Shown here: piece by piece, positions 1-13,730 of the stretch
Numbering within the stretch: the first letter of the stretch is position 1
Layout: each line of letters opens with the position of its first letter
NCBI RefSeq assembly: GCF_001194135.2
Contig: NC_068994.1
Coordinates: 48,911,703 to 48,959,115 of the forward strand
DNA from: Octopus bimaculoides
Taxonomy: Eukaryota
Direction of reading: 5' to 3'
Length of the DNA: 47,413 bases
Program-made: the position numbers and the translations under genes
Notes under the pieces: generated by a model
Database searches by the model: none
What the model was told of the DNA's origin: nothing
What the model saw: the letters and a program-made list of their open reading frames with translations, nothing else

Positions 1-1007
1 ATCATACATTGTGTATGTATTGCATATATATTTAGTATATATATTTATATCTATATAATGAAAGCAAAGGAAATGTATGCAAAGCAATTTCATTCATAAC
101 TATGAATTGAGTGAAGAAATTACTTATTCTATGAATGAATATTGTGTATTTCATATTTATGACAATGATACGAAACTTTTGTTCTTTACTTGCTAACGCA
201 TTCATTAGTTTGTGTGTGTTTTCATGTGCTTGTGTGTTTTATTATGACTTCACTTTGTCTAATTGATGTATGTATGTATGTATGTTGTGTTTACATGTTC
301 TTTTAATTTTTCTTTGTTGTGAGAAATGGCATCGAATTTTTGTAAACCTAGTGGTATGATAATGAACAAAATTCTTATTTTGAAGCTTCAAGGTTTCTCT
401 CAAAATGTTTTAGTCAAAAACATTTTATAACAGTGTAGTCTAAAATTGAGGAGCACACACCCACAAATACAATTTGAATTTTAGTCATCATCATCACCAT
501 CATTTTAATGTCCACTTAAAATGATGAGATATCCAAACCAGTGTTGTTACCTCTTTCGTAGATATAGATGTTGTCCATTCTTCTCCATTTTATGTCAAGC
601 TGTTCCCCCCCCCCCACCACTCTCACAGCCTTTTTTGTAGCTAAACATGCATATGTGAAAATAGTATGTTAGAGTGGATATGATATTGGACTACCAGCTT
701 GTGGATTTTGCGTTCAGTTTCTCTCGGGTGTCTCATTAAATAAAATGCAATTCATTTCTCCTAAACTGTTGGAGATGGAATGCAACTCTGGAAACGTTGC
801 ATGAGATGAGCCAGCATTTTATCCAGAAGATGTGTCAATTTGAAATTGATATTGTTTATATCATCTTGCTAGGAGTTTACCTTTTGCTGTGAATTTGCTC
901 TTCACCACATCCTGTTGAATAACTAAAGATTGTGTGTGTTGGTTGGCTGGCACAGTACCAAATTTGTAGAGGAGAAAGTGTAGCTGATTGAATCAAATTC
1001 CACATAT

Positions 1008-1095
1008 CTACTTATTTCTATTTATTTCATCAGCCAACACTGGAAGGATGAAAGGCAAAATTGATGTCTGTGGAATTTGAACTCTGAATTGTAGA
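1008..1095 (-). mobile_element. SINE family B fragment
   Basis: gaaggatgaaaggcaaaattgatgtctgtggaatttgaactc is shared with 16355-16527 and 44608-44697. Confidence 0.65.
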
Positions 1096-1183
1096 AAAAA
1101 AAAATAGCACAATAAGTACCTCAAGACTGTGTTCTCGAGGTCCATGTTTGGTCATTTCTGATACCCCTCTTTTTATTCAATGG

Positions 1184-1217
<34 letters not shown>

Positions 1218-1437
1218 TTTATTTACAGAAAGAAAAAATATAGATTTAACATTGGTGGTAGGCTTCAAATTTTGTGGGGATGGGTGCAGTCGATTTCATC
1301 ATTCTCAGTATTTGACTGCTGCTTATTTCATCAACCCTGGGAAGGGTAAATAGCAAATTAAACTTAGGGTTTGTCAGGTAAACCTGCAGTCTTGCTTATA
1401 AATACATGTATGCACTATGTATGTTCATTATAACCAC

Positions 1438-1585
1438 ATGGCTGTGTAGTTAACAAGTTTGCTTCATAACCACGAGGATCTGAGTTTGATCCAACTCCAC
1501 AGCAGTTTAGGCTTCTGTCATAGCCTTGGAATCACCAATGTATTGTGAATGAAATTTACTAAGCAGTGACTGCAAAAGCCTGTTT

Positions 1586-1590
<5 letters not shown>
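1438..1590 (+). mobile_element. SINE family A, diverged copy
   Basis: tggctgtgtagttaacaagtttgctt...aaccacgaggatctgagtttgatcc head with degenerate body. Confidence 0.6.
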
Positions 1591-1628
<38 letters not shown>

Positions 1629-1638
1629 NNNNNNNNNN

Positions 1639-1676
<38 letters not shown>
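1586..1676. repeat. (GT)n microsatellite
   Basis: Direct reading; contains a small N gap. Confidence 0.95.
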
Positions 1677-1679
<3 letters not shown>

Positions 1680-2196
1680 GTATACAATTAAAATTTCTAA
1701 CACTCCTGTGTCACTTCAAAGGCAAGACTCAACAATTGTATTGTTGTTAGGCATTGCCTGGTTCATAAAAGAAATATTGACTTTATATTTATAATGTTGT
1801 GAATATGTTCTTGAGTTATAGCCTACTTTGATACCAGGTCGAGGTCTATAGTAAGTATGTGTGCATGTGTGTGAATATCTGATGGTATGTAAGTCTATAA
1901 ACGTGACCTAATTCTCTTTAAAGGAAATATTACTGCTCAACTTAGCTATCTGATAAAATGAGATTAATAAAACAAGTATCATTCTAACTATCCATGAAAG
2001 TGGTGTTTTACGGTAGCTCCAATGTGATGACAGGGACCAATAAAAACAAAGTTATGTCCAGCTAGACATACATACACATAATTAAAAGTGTATGCTTTAC
2101 TATTTTTTTTTTTCAACTTCTTCAGCTATCAAATCTAAATTCCAACAAAGGAGCCTTGTTTCTCAACAGTGATTTTAGAAACTTAGAGCAATATAA

Positions 2197-2305
2197 AGGC
2201 GCAGGTGTGGTTTCAGGTTCAATCCCAGGGTGAAGTGTCTTCTACTACAGCCTTGGGCTGACCAAAGCCTTGTGAGTGGATTTGGTAGATGGAAACTGAA
2301 GCCCA
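2197..2305 (+). mobile_element. SINE family A, deleted 5' fragment
   Basis: aggcgcagg...gtgtcttctactacagccttgggctgaccaaagccttgtgagtggatttggtagatggaaactgaa matches the 2992-3390 copy. Confidence 0.85.
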
Positions 2306-2991
2306 TATATATATATATATATATATACNNNNNNNNNNNNNNNNNNNNNNNNNNNNNNNNNNNNNNNNNNNNNNNNNNNNNNNNNNNNNNNNNNNNNNNN
2401 NNNNNNNNNNNNNNNNNNNNNNNNNNNNNNNNNNNNNNNNNNNNNNNNNNNNNNNNNNNNNNNNNNNNNNNNNNNNNNNNNNNNNNNNNNNNNNNNNNNN
2501 NNNNNNNNNNNNNNNNNNNNNNNNNNNNNNNNNNNNNNNNNNNNNNNNNNNNNNNNNNNNNNNNNNNNNNNNNNNNNNNNNNNNNNNNNNNNNNNNNNNN
2601 NNNNNNNNNNNNNNNNNNNNNNNNNNNNNNNNNNNNNNNNNNNNNNNNNNNNNNNNNNNNNNNNNNNNNNNNNNNNNNNNNNNNNNNNNNNNNNNNNNNN
2701 NNNNNNNNNNNNNNNNNNNNNNNNNNNNNNNNNNNNNNNNNNNNNNNNNNNNNNNNNNNNNNNNNNNNNNNNNNNNNNNNNNNNNNNNNNNNNNNNNNNN
2801 NNNNNNNNNNNNNNNNNNNNNNNNNNNNNNNNNNNNNNNNNNNNNNNNNNNNNNNNNNNNNNNNNNNNNNNNNNNNNNNNNNNNNNNNNNNNNNNNNNNN
2901 NNNNNNNNNNNNNNNNNNNNNNNNNNNNNNNNNNNNNNNNNNNNNNNNNNNNNNNNNNNNNNNNTCCCATATTCACGTGTGTATATGTATA

Positions 2992-3390
2992 CTCTTTACT
3001 CTTTTACTTGTTTCAGTCATTTGACTGTGGCCATGCTGGAGCACCGCCTTTAGTCGAGGAAATCGACCCTAGGACTTATTCTTTGTAAGCCTAGTACTTA
3101 CTCTATCGGTTTCTTTTGCCGAACCGGTAAGTTACGGGAACGCAAACACATCAGCATTGGTTGTCAAGCGATGTTGGGGGGACAAACACAAACACACACA
3201 CACACACACACATATACATATATATACAACGGGCTTCTTTCAGTTTCCGTCTACCAAGTCCACTCACAAGGCTTTGGTCGGCCCGAGGCTATAGTAGAAG
3301 ACACTTGCCCAAGGTGCCACACAGTGGGACTGAACCCAGAACCATGTGGTTTGTAAGCAAGCTACTTACCACACAGCCACTCCTGCGCCT
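2992..3390 (-). mobile_element. tRNA-derived SINE, family A, near full length
   Basis: Reverse complement starts aggcgcaggagtggctgtgtggtaag (A box) ... gggttcagtccc (B box), then ttgggcaagtgtcttctactatagcctcgggccgaccaaagccttgtgagtgg, an internal microsatellite and a 3' body. Repeated elsewhere in the window. Confidence 0.9.
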
Positions 3391-3764
3391 ATTTGTATGT
3401 ATAATACAAATAATAGTGTTAGAGAAAATGCCTTGTGGTACTTTAGTTAGAGTATTTACTCATGTTTAAGTCACACTCTCTTGTACTTGATTCTAACTGC
3501 AAAACAACTGGAGTACATACAACCTATATATGGGGCAAAACTAAAACTATCAAAAAAAAAATTTATACTGAAATTTAACACTAAAGTAGAGGTGCGACAT
3601 ATATGCAAGTAAATAGGGGATATCTTCTATGTACTGAGCTCAAATCCAGTTGCAGGTGGTGGTCAGTGAAGTTAGTATTGTTCAAGTCCTAGGTTTAATC
3701 CAGTCGCTTACTTCTTCCAAACATATTTGTGGCTTTGTGCCAATATTAACTATTGCTATTAATA

Positions 3765-3915
3765 CTGAGGTTGACTTTGCCTTCCATCCTTTCAGGGTTC
3801 GTGAAATAAGTACCAGTTGAGCGCTGGGGTTAAGATAATCAACTTAACCCCTCTCCTGAAATTGACTAACCTCTCTCTCCCTTGTGCCTATGTCAGAAAT
3901 GATAATTATTATTAT
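3765..3915 (+). mobile_element. SINE family B fragment
   Basis: gaggttgactttgccttccatcctttcagggttcgtgaaataagtaccagttgagcgctgggg. Confidence 0.7.
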
Positions 3916-4024
3916 TGGTTGTTATTTCTAGCAGATTGAGTGACTCTGTGTGAGTGTGTGCAAAATGTCAGCAGATTTATTAGATAAAGCATGGGACAAA
4001 ATGGATTAGTTAGATAGCTAATCC

Positions 4025-4275
4025 ACATTACTCTGTAAAGAGCATAGGGCTGTGGCCATTTCGTGCCAGTGGATGTGATCCTGGGCCACCTCTTTGATTT
4101 CAGACCAAGAAAGGCCGACTGCTTTCACTTCATCCTCTGCACATCCTTTCCAGGTCTTCTTAGGTTGTCCTACTTTCCTCTTTCCTTCAGGTTGTCAGTC
4201 TAACATTTGTCTTGCAATGCTGCTCGGAGGTCTTCTTAGAGTGTGATCGATCCAGCCATATTTTCTTTGGGGCTG
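4025..4275 (-). mobile_element. RTE-clade LINE 3' end remnant
   Basis: Minus strand reads KYGWIDHTLRRPPSSIARQMLD*QPEGKRKVGQPKKTWKGCAEDEVKAVGLSWSEIKEVAQDHIHWHEMATALCS, the typical RTE ORF C-terminus. Confidence 0.85.
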
Positions 4276-4310
4276 GGAAAGAAAAACGGGAAAATGAAGA
4301 AAATGGGACA

Positions 4311-4403
4311 AAATGCTTTGCATTATTTCCCCTGGCTTCTTATGTACTGAGTTCAAATTCCATCAAGGATAACTTCACCTTTCATTCTTTTGGAGTTGAT
4401 AAA
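4311..4403 (+). mobile_element. SINE family B fragment ending at a gap
   Basis: aaatgctttgcattattt...tgagttcaaattcc...cacctttcattcttttggagttgataaa. Confidence 0.65.
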
Positions 4404-4950
4404 NNNNNNNNNNNNNNNNNNNNNNNNNNNNNNNNNNNNNNNNNNNNNNNNNNNNNNNNNNNNNNNNNNNNNNNNNNNNNNNNNNNNNNNNNNNNNNNNN
4501 NNNNNNNNNNNNNNNNNNNNNNNNNNNNNNNNNNNNNNNNNNNNNNNNNNNNNNNNNNNNNNNNNNNNNNNNNNNNNNNNNNNNNNNNNNNNNNNNNNNN
4601 NNNNNNNNNNNNNNNNNNNNNNNNNNNNNNNNNNNNNNNNNNNNNNNNNNNNNNNNNNNNNNNNNNNNNNNNNNNNNNNNNNNNNNNNNNNNNNNNNNNN
4701 NNNNNNNNNNNNNNNNNNNNNNNNNNNNNNNNNNNNNNNNNNNNNNNNNNNNNNNNNNNNNNNNNNNNNNNNNNNNNNNNNNNNNNNNNNNNNNNNNNNN
4801 NNNNNNNNNNNNNNNNNNNNNNNNNNNNNNNNNNNNNNNNNNNNNNNNNNNNNNNNNNNNNNNNNNNNNNNNNNNNNNNNNNNNNNNNNNNNNNNNNNNN
4901 NNNNNNNNNNNNNNNNNNNNNNNNNNNNNNNNNNNNNNNNNNNNNNNNNN

Positions 4951-5002
<52 letters not shown>

Positions 5003-5575
5003 GCAAACAAGCATGTATGTGTGTGTGTGCATGTGCATGCACACACAGTTACTTGATCTGCTGGAAACCGCTGCCTAATAACCTCTCCTTTTCATCCATT
5101 CCTAATGTATTGAAAAAAAAAACCAAGACCATATTGGAGAGTGTAGTCTCAGGCATATGAAAAGGCAACTGGCTGGTCATGTTTGGAATGCCATTGATCA
5201 TTGATCTGTTTAGTCAGCTCTGTCCTGGGTGCTAGGCAGCGACAACAGCGCCAGCACCACTGCTACATATTGCTATATTTCTTTAATGTGTCACTGGTGC
5301 TGCATAAATAAATGAATAACCAAACAAGACAAACCCATGTGCACACAGCAACTATTCTTCGGCAAAAGAGTTTGAAATTCGTGCAGTGCAAATGACATCA
5401 GTGTGTGTGTGTGTGTGTGTGCATGCACACTGCATGCCCTGGGTAGCTGATACAGTATTTTAGGCAATGGTGAATGCATTTGATTGGAATTTTGCTCTCT
5501 CTTTCTCTCTCTCCCCTTCTGTGTGTGTGTGTGTGTCTTTTTCAAGCCATCTCAGAGCCATTCCTTTTGGCTTGA

Positions 5576-5579
<4 letters not shown>

Positions 5580-5638
<59 letters not shown>

Positions 5639-5648
5639 NNNNNNNNNN

Positions 5649-5683
<35 letters not shown>

Positions 5684-5794
5684 TCTCTCTCTCTCTTCCT
5701 CTCTCTCTTTTCCTCTCTCTCTCTTCCTATCTCTCTCTCTTCCTCTCTCTCTTTTCTCTCTCTTCCTCTCTCTCTTTTCTCTCGCTTCCTCCCT

Positions 5795-5837
<43 letters not shown>
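5580..5837. repeat. (CT)n, CT-rich and (CA)n compound microsatellite
   Basis: Direct reading. Confidence 0.95.
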
Positions 5838-5841
<4 letters not shown>

Positions 5842-7380
5842 TATTTTCGTTCTGTACATCACAACTTCTATCAACCAACTTATTTTTTACCCTGTAGGAA
5901 AGTGCAGATTACATGTGAATCGAGTTGTTTGTGTGCTGCTGCTGCTGTTGTTGTTGTTATTCAGCATCAGGCAAACTCTGATTGACCAATATGATCAAAG
6001 CATTCCACCTATGACCATCCCATTTAATCTTCAGGCAATTTACCATCATAACCAGAACTCCGTTATCCATCGCATCCATTTTTTTTTCCCCCTAAATTTA
6101 ACAAAGTATGCTTTGAGTGGAATTGCGTTGTTATTTCTAGCTGATCAAGGAACTGCATGGATGTTATTGATAGTAACGTTTTCAGTTACAGTTACGAATG
6201 CATGCATATGCACCTACATGCATTCTTTTGTTCATGCATGCATGTGTGTGTGTGTGTGCACGCGTGTGTGCACGTGTGTGTGTACTTAGTGCATGCAGTC
6301 ATGTTCATTACGCTATCTACATGTATGCATGCAGTGTTTCTAAGCGTGTTATCTTGTATGTCGGGCATCTGTTCAATACATGTGTGTTTTGTGCAGCACA
6401 TGTGCATACATGCTTGGCTTATCAATGAAATGACTGAATAAATTGCGAAGACAATCCATGGTATTCGTTTTGTGGGGTGGGGGTGGGGCTGCGATGGCAG
6501 ATGCAGTAACGTGTGTGTGTGTGTGCGTGCGTGTGTCTGCGTGGTGGTAATGTGAAGAAAAACAGATTTCACATATGCTAGAGCCTCTTGTGTTGCTGCT
6601 GCTGCTGCTGCTACTACCTATGGTATTCCTCTGTTATTACTTCTATCTTAAACTCTTCCTCCAACACTGCCTCTTCCTCCTCCTCCTCCACCTCCCTCTC
6701 ACTCCTGCTACTACTATTACTACTCCATCTCTGTTACTATTATTACTATTTCACTGTATTCCCTATCGCTGCCACTATTACTACATTGCTGCTGCTACTA
6801 CCACTACTGCTGCCACCACCACCACCACTACTACTACTAACACCCATGCTCTTTGCTTTTTAGTGATGTTTTCACCATCTCCTCATGCTACTGGTTTCCA
6901 CTAATAAAGACAGAGCTTCTGTTATAGTCTCTCAACCTGTCAGTAAATAGCAGCTAAATGCCCTCAAATTACATCCTTAAAATAATAAAGAGTCCTAGTT
7001 AATAAGTCCTACGTAGTGTGGGTTAGTCTTAGGCTGGGATGTCTTTGATCAAAGATAGAAACCTGCTCAGGTAATCCTACAACTGCTGCTACTTATTAAT
7101 GATGCTGTTAATTAAAAATAAACAAAAAAAAAATAAATAAATAAATAAAGGCAGTCATTCAGTTGTAGCCATGCTGAGACACTGGTACCTCTGTCTCAGA
7201 GGTTCTGCTTTCTGTATTTAGTGAATGTGTGTGTCTTGTTGCCATGTAGGTTCATCGCAGTGTAAGTGGAGGATGTCCAAGTGCTGTATGCAAATGTTAT
7301 CAACCGCACACAATGATTCCTCTATGGCTTGAGGAAGGACATTGAATAGCTGTGGTACCTTGAAACTAAAAAGGAGTGTT

Positions 7381-7401
7381 CTGCTGCTGCTGCTGCTGCT
7401 G

Positions 7402-7473
<72 letters not shown>
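7381..7473. repeat. (CTG)n(CTA)n compound trinucleotide repeat
   Basis: Direct reading. Confidence 0.95.
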
Positions 7474-9588
7474 ATGTTGCTGCCACCACCCTTACCACCA
7501 TCACCACATTGTATTCATAATTAAGTTTTAGACAAGATAATCATGTAATGAAGGAAATGAAAATTGCTCTGTAGTAGGTGTGGTATGTAAGTTTAATATA
7601 TATATATANNNNNNNNNNNNNNNNNNNNNNNNNNNNNNNNNNNNNNNNNNNNNNNNNNNNNNNNNNNNNNNNNNNNNNNNNNNNNNNNNNNNNNNNNNNN
7701 NNNNNNNNNNNNNNNNNNNNNNNNNNNNNNNNNNNNNNNNNNNNNNNNNNNNNNNNNNNNNNNNNNNNNNNNNNNNNNNNNNNNNNNNNNNNNNNNNNNN
7801 NNNNNNNNNNNNNNNNNNNNNNNNNNNNNNNNNNNNNNNNNNNNNNNNNNNNNNNNNNNNNNNNNNNNNNNNNNNNNNNNNNNNNNNNNNNNNNNNNNNN
7901 NNNNNNNNNNNNNNNNNNNNNNNNNNNNNNNNNNNNNNNNNNNNNNNNNNNNNNNNNNNNNNNNNNNNNNNNNNNNNNNTATATATATATATATATATAT
8001 ATATATTTTTATTATATATATATATATTTTTTTTTTATTATATATATGTATAGTGAAGATGGAGCTTACAGGGACTTAGCAATATATTTGACTTGACTCC
8101 CAGTCAGCTTTGTCGACGTTGTGACTTTTCTCTGGGTAAAGTCACATCATCAGTAACATTCACTGTTATGTTTTGAAATAATAAGCTTATTTTAGAACAT
8201 GCACAAGTGCACATGCATGCACACAATGATGGGAAACTGATTTAGGTTAACCATCTGCGCGAAACACACCAATGAAGATACGTCCAACATATTTAATGCT
8301 GCAGGGGGGGAAAAAATTCAGTTAATAATTCTTATACTGTGCAAGGCAATATTAACTTTTAATCCGCTGTTGGCAAATATTGGCAACAAATCCTGACATG
8401 TTCCAGTTTTATTAGGCCTCGTCAGTGAAGTATAACCTTCTGTCTTTGATTAGTGAAGAGATGTTTTTTTTAAAGATAGTTAACTTTATGGTTATGTTTT
8501 CCTATGGATAGCATTCATGAGTAATTTCCTTCAATCGTAATGTTTGGCAAAAAAAAAAAAAAAAGCTAAGAATATCAAGTTGAACTGAGGAGGTGTAACA
8601 AGAGCGAAACATGCCTGCTATTGTCACCAATACTTAGCAAGGTCGTATCACATTAGATAAAATATTAATTATTGAGCTAATATTTTTATTTCTTATTGCA
8701 TAGGTATTATTGATTCATTAGACTGTTCTCCCTTGCACTAAATCTGTGTGTGTGTTCGCGCGTGCTCACTCGCTCCTAATTTGTATATTTGTTGTTCTCC
8801 CGACTTTTGATCATCTCTGGTTTAATGTTATCTGCTTTTCGCTGTTGTCTCGCAAAAACTGTATTTCTGATATCAGTCAACACTTTCAGTCTGGTCTGAT
8901 TTATGTCCCCTTCCCGTGATTATTTTTCCGAGATTATCTCTCAGTATCAGGATTTCTTTGAAAGCTTCTACAAGAGAGGATCTTATGGGCTTTAATATCA
9001 GCGGAGTAGATTTTCTTTGTAATTCAGTCATTTGTTCCAAACATTGGTTCCAGTACTGTCTTGTTGGTCACTCTACCGTTGTTTGCCGCACATTTTATAA
9101 GACATTTCCATTAAAACTTAACTGTACCACCATTTGTGTGTGTGTGTGGGGGGGGGGACAGGAGAGGTAGCAGAAATGTTAGTGTGAAATAGTTTGCGTT
9201 TTCACCCGTTTTACTATCAAGAAGGAAGATTTCTTAAGTTACAAATTTACCTCTGCGTGTGTGCGTGCGCGCAAGAAAAGGATGTTATTAAAGGGACGTA
9301 ATTCTGTAGCAATAAGCAATTCTGTAGAACTGCAAACTCTTACTGATCTTTATTTTATCATCACTAGAAGGATGAACGTCTACGCCGATAAGGATCAGTA
9401 ATGATAATTATAATTATAATAAATAATTTCAAGGAAAATGGATTGCAGAATTAGTAAGAGTGTTGGACAAAGTTACTTCTTGTATTAAAGTTATATCTCT
9501 TTATGTTCCTAGTTTAAATTCTCCTGCGGTCGATTTCACCATTCGACATTTGTGCTTCCGTTAGTATGTTACTAGTCATGTAGAAAAA

Positions 9589-9821
9589 CGTGTGGTTTAG
9601 TGGTTAGGGCATTCGGCGCACGATCGCAAGGTCGTGAGTTCAATTCCCGGCGACGCGTTGTGTATTTCAAAGGGCCGGCCTTGTCACGCTGAATCTCCCT
9701 GAGAACTACGTTATGGGTACACGTGTCTGTGGATTGCTCAGCCACTTGTTCGTTAACTTCACGAGCAAGGCGTTTCGTTGATCGTATCACTTGGGACCCT
9801 CGTCGTCGTAACCGACGGAGT
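9589..9821 (+). mobile_element. tRNA-derived SINE, family C, internally deleted
   Basis: A box tggtttagtgg, B box gagttcaattcc, and 3' body tgaatctccctgagaactacgtt...acacgtgtctgtgga shared with 34567 and 37633. Confidence 0.85.
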
Positions 9822-9876
9822 ACTCCTTTTAGTCCGTCAGTTAAAACTGCGCAGCAGCTTTTTTTCTGGCTTCACC

Positions 9877-9998
9877 TTCTGAGTTCAAATTCTCCAAAGA
9901 TCGACTTTTTGTNNNNNNNNNNGCTCACTGGGGTCAATGTAATCGACAAGACCCCCCCCCTCCCCACAAATTTCAGGCCTTGTGTCTGTAATAGAAAG
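9877..9998 (+). mobile_element. SINE family B fragment
   Basis: ttctgagttcaaattc...tcgacttt...cactggggtcaatgtaatcgac...aaatttcaggccttgtg. Confidence 0.7.
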
Positions 9999-11230
9999 AA
10001 TTGGAACATAGACAAACCGTAAAAGGATGCAACTGTAAAGCCATTGCGGCATTTATCCGCAGTAGTCAGTCTTGTCTTTGAAGTGACCGAAATTGATAAA
10101 ATAAATACCGGTCGGGGACTGAGATCGATCTATTCTTTCACCAAATGGAAATTATTGGAATCGGTAAAGCAGTGCTTATCTAGTTACGTCCCTTGATAGT
10201 CTTCGTTCAATTCCTGCCAAGGTCGACCTAAACCTTTGTATTTTATCGGAGTGAATAAAATTAGCACCAGGCAAGTACTTGGGTCGGTTAAATGGCCTAC
10301 ACCCCCGTCCCTCAGATTTATGAAATGATGGTTATGTTGGAAATCATTACTGTTTGTTTCGGTTCTTAATTACATTGCTTTACGTATAAATTGGTTGGTT
10401 CATTTATCACAAATAGTTGTCTCCCTTCTACAACCGTTAACCTCTTGGTTTTGTAGATGCAGTTAATGTAGGTAGGGAAATTGATGTAGGAAACAGTGTG
10501 TGTCGGATATGTGTAAATGATCTAGTAGTTTGGTTTAAAAATAAAATGGATATATTGTTCTGTTAAGGAGAAGAAACTGAGGTTAACCTTTGGAGGTGGA
10601 GTAAGAGAAAGCATAACATCTAAATCAAGGGTTTTTATTGACAATTTTGGGATTGATTTAAAAAAAAAAAATTGCAAAAATTTTCAGCATACTTAAGCTT
10701 TTAAAAAAAAATTATTTGTATATTGTAATAATATAATGTGATGAAAATGAGTTATTTTCAAATATTTCCTCAATTTTTGTGAAGCCTATAACTGTTTCAG
10801 CTGTAACAAAAAGTAAGCAACAAAAATGAGCTGTAGGAGGAGGAGTAAAATATCATTGAAATTAAGATTTAAAATAATATATATATATTTTTCAATTGTA
10901 TTTTAATTAAATAAACAGAATATTGTGGCCATTAATGTTAATTTTTGCCATCAAGCCCATCAAAGTTGTTCCCCTTCTAGTGTATTTAAAAAAAAAATTC
11001 TCCACGTGGTGGAAAATATGTACTTAATAGATGATTACAAAGCTGATATAAGCCTTTTCTTCTCTTGACATTTGTAAACGAAGCATGTATTACACCTCCG
11101 TTCAACATAACCTTTGTTGGGTGACTTATTGGGTAAAAATAGGTTTGGGGGAATAGGCATACCCACTTCACAGAATTAGTGACAGGAAAAGGTGAAAATG
11201 ATACATGCCCTAATAGTTTAGTCTTTGCTG

Positions 11231-11276
<46 letters not shown>
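11231..11276. repeat. (ATC)n microsatellite
   Basis: Direct reading. Confidence 0.95.
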
Positions 11277-12231
11277 TTATAGTAGTAGTTATAATTAACG
11301 ATTCTTCTATGGCTTTTGTCAATAATTCTGTAATGTTTAAGTGTTTAGTATATATCAAATTAGAATAGTTTGGGTTAGCTTACACACATCATTTTGTATT
11401 ACAGATATTACTCATTAAACCTCACCATGCACTTATGCTAGGGAGATCAGTGCACGTCAAACGTAGCTTATATTATAGTGTAAATTGTTACTCACTAATC
11501 CTAGGTAAAATAATTTACACGTCACATTCTTAACAGGTAACCTTTACTTCAAATGTTGTTACACATCAGCATTTAATTTTTGTTTTCCATGTTGGTATGA
11601 ATTGCATGGATTTTGGGGATTTAAAAACAAATTAGATAAAGCTTACTCTCAGATCCTATACTTTGAAAGATTTATTTCAGAATATGGATCAGAATTTGAA
11701 ATATTAATATTGTCTGATATTTATGACTGTATTATTAATGCTACTGTCTGGGAGTAGATTTAAGGTTGGAGTTAGTTTCCATTAGGTTTTATTTATATAT
11801 CTTTTAAAAAATTTTCTGTAAATCAGCTACATTTTCGTATTTAAGAATATTTTATCAACGCAGTAAAACTTAGGGTTTTGTGGGACTGGAATGTTTATTT
11901 TTCAATAATCCACATATGGAAGCCAGCAAAAGTAGATATTTAAAGAATTTGTATCGATACTATTAAAACTTGAGTGTAGAGGTCTTCTTGTGTAGTTGTG
12001 CTACAGAGGAAGGAATTTCATAGTTTCTTGAGTATTGAAAGGAATTTTAATGTGAGATGAGTGTGTGTGTATACTTCATTGTGGATAAGTTAACAATATC
12101 ATGTAGACTCTGGTATGTGTAAGCAAGCATATTTATACAGATGTTACACACTGACTAATGATGTATATGCCACTATATATTGTATTACATTATATTGTAA
12201 TGTTAATCTTTGCTGCTTTTGTAGCAAAAGA

Positions 12232-12260
12232 AATTATTATTATCATTATCATTATCTTTA

Positions 12261-12330
<70 letters not shown>
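12232..12330. repeat. (ATT)n/(ATC) microsatellite
   Basis: Direct reading. Confidence 0.95.
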
Positions 12331-12331
<1 letters not shown>

Positions 12332-12455
12332 CATTTCAGATATGGATGTATATTACTGATTGATTTAGGTTTTTTTTTTACAATGGCCGATTCCACATGG
12401 TGAGTATGAATAGTGGTTCTTTTGCTTCGTTTAGATTCTTTTGTATAACTTTGTG

Positions 12456-12675
12456 TAACCTGTTCGCATGTAAACCAGCTATATCCAACCCAAATATTCT
12501 ACCCTTTCTATGTTCGGACTAGACAGATGTAGCTTCTCGTATCTATCCTACAATGTCATTCTAAAAATATACAACCACTTCATCAAAATGTCGAAGCTAC
12601 AAGATAAGACATGATTACTTCGAAACAATGTGAATAAATAAGCATTACAGAATAATCTGAATGCTAAGGAGTTAA
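12456..12675. mobile_element. Diverged copy of the same piggyBac-type MITE, opposite orientation
   Basis: Shares caatgtcattctaaaa...aacaatgtgaataaataagcattaca...tctgaatgcta..agttaa with the reverse complement of 27724-27943; same ~220-bp span. Confidence 0.75.
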
Positions 12676-13664
12676 AGACCTTTGTCACTGATCGCATAAT
12701 TTGCTTAAAGAATAGGCATGTGCCCTCTGTCTTCTTTGAATTAGTTGACTGAGACAGGCAGAAATGATAAATGCCCCTACGATTCAGAATCACATACTTA
12801 ATTTTGCTCCACCAGCTTCCTCCTTTTCCTCTGTCTCTGTTCACTTGACTGATGTAGAGGCTGACGAAAAGCCTTATCTTTTCTTATAGCTTTCCTGGGT
12901 TCTGTTTCCTCTAGATTTGGCTTTGTGAGGCAGTGGAATGAAATAGATACCTGTCATAGGCATGGGTGGAAACAAAAGGGCGCCGAAAGATTTGTTATTT
13001 AGACTCATCTCTCTACAATTTATGCTGAAATGTCACAAGAATCAATCCTGGTTTCATTTCTCTTCAAAGTATGAATAATGGAAACAAAAAAATTAAAAAA
13101 AAGGCTACCTAGGCACATTTTGAAACTGATTCAAACCCCTTTCTTACAAATTGGTGTTGTAGTGTCAACACAGTTGCTAGTTCCTTATCCAGAGTCTGAC
13201 AGCCTCCAAAATCTGAAATTCTTTTGAGTGAGAGAAGCTTCACAAATGGAAACTTTCTGGAAGTGATTGAGAGGGGTTTTGTTTTTGTTTTTTGGTTTTA
13301 AATGAAGCGTTGTGAGCAAGCAAAAAGTGTGACTCTATTAGAAATCATTAGTTTGTGCGTGTTTGTGTTCACCTTGTAGCAAAGTTGGAATCAGTACTAC
13401 GGCTGTCATAGTTATTTTCTCTGTAAAGTAGGTGACTTCATGCCTTAAAAAAAAACAAACAAAAAAACCCCAAGACCTAAATATACTTTTCCTTAAGATT
13501 TGAAATCTTTTTAAAGGAATGTATACTATGCCCCCTACAATTTAGAGCTAAAGTACTTCGCTTCTTAGAACGACACATTTACAGTTATGTTTTGGATACA
13601 TTTTTGAAATTAAATGTGTTTTCATTTTATTACATTTTTTTTTTTCATATCAGGAATATTGTAC

Positions 13665-13667
<3 letters not shown>

Positions 13668-13729
<62 letters not shown>
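13668..13729. repeat. (GT)n microsatellite
   Basis: Direct reading. Confidence 0.95.

Positions 13730-13730
<1 letters not shown>

Noticed and set aside
2230-8096. Long ORFs spanning N runs (also 31492-32291 and 43030-43671)
   Set aside because: Artefacts of assembly gaps and microsatellites.
8880-9170. Short ORFs on both strands in a mildly CpG-enriched region
   Set aside because: No motif or splice support; a promoter or first exon for the large gene cannot be located from sequence alone.
9340-9401. 14-bp stem (one G-U) with a 34-nt loop
   Set aside because: Too short and asymmetric for a pre-miRNA; plausible by chance in AT-rich DNA.
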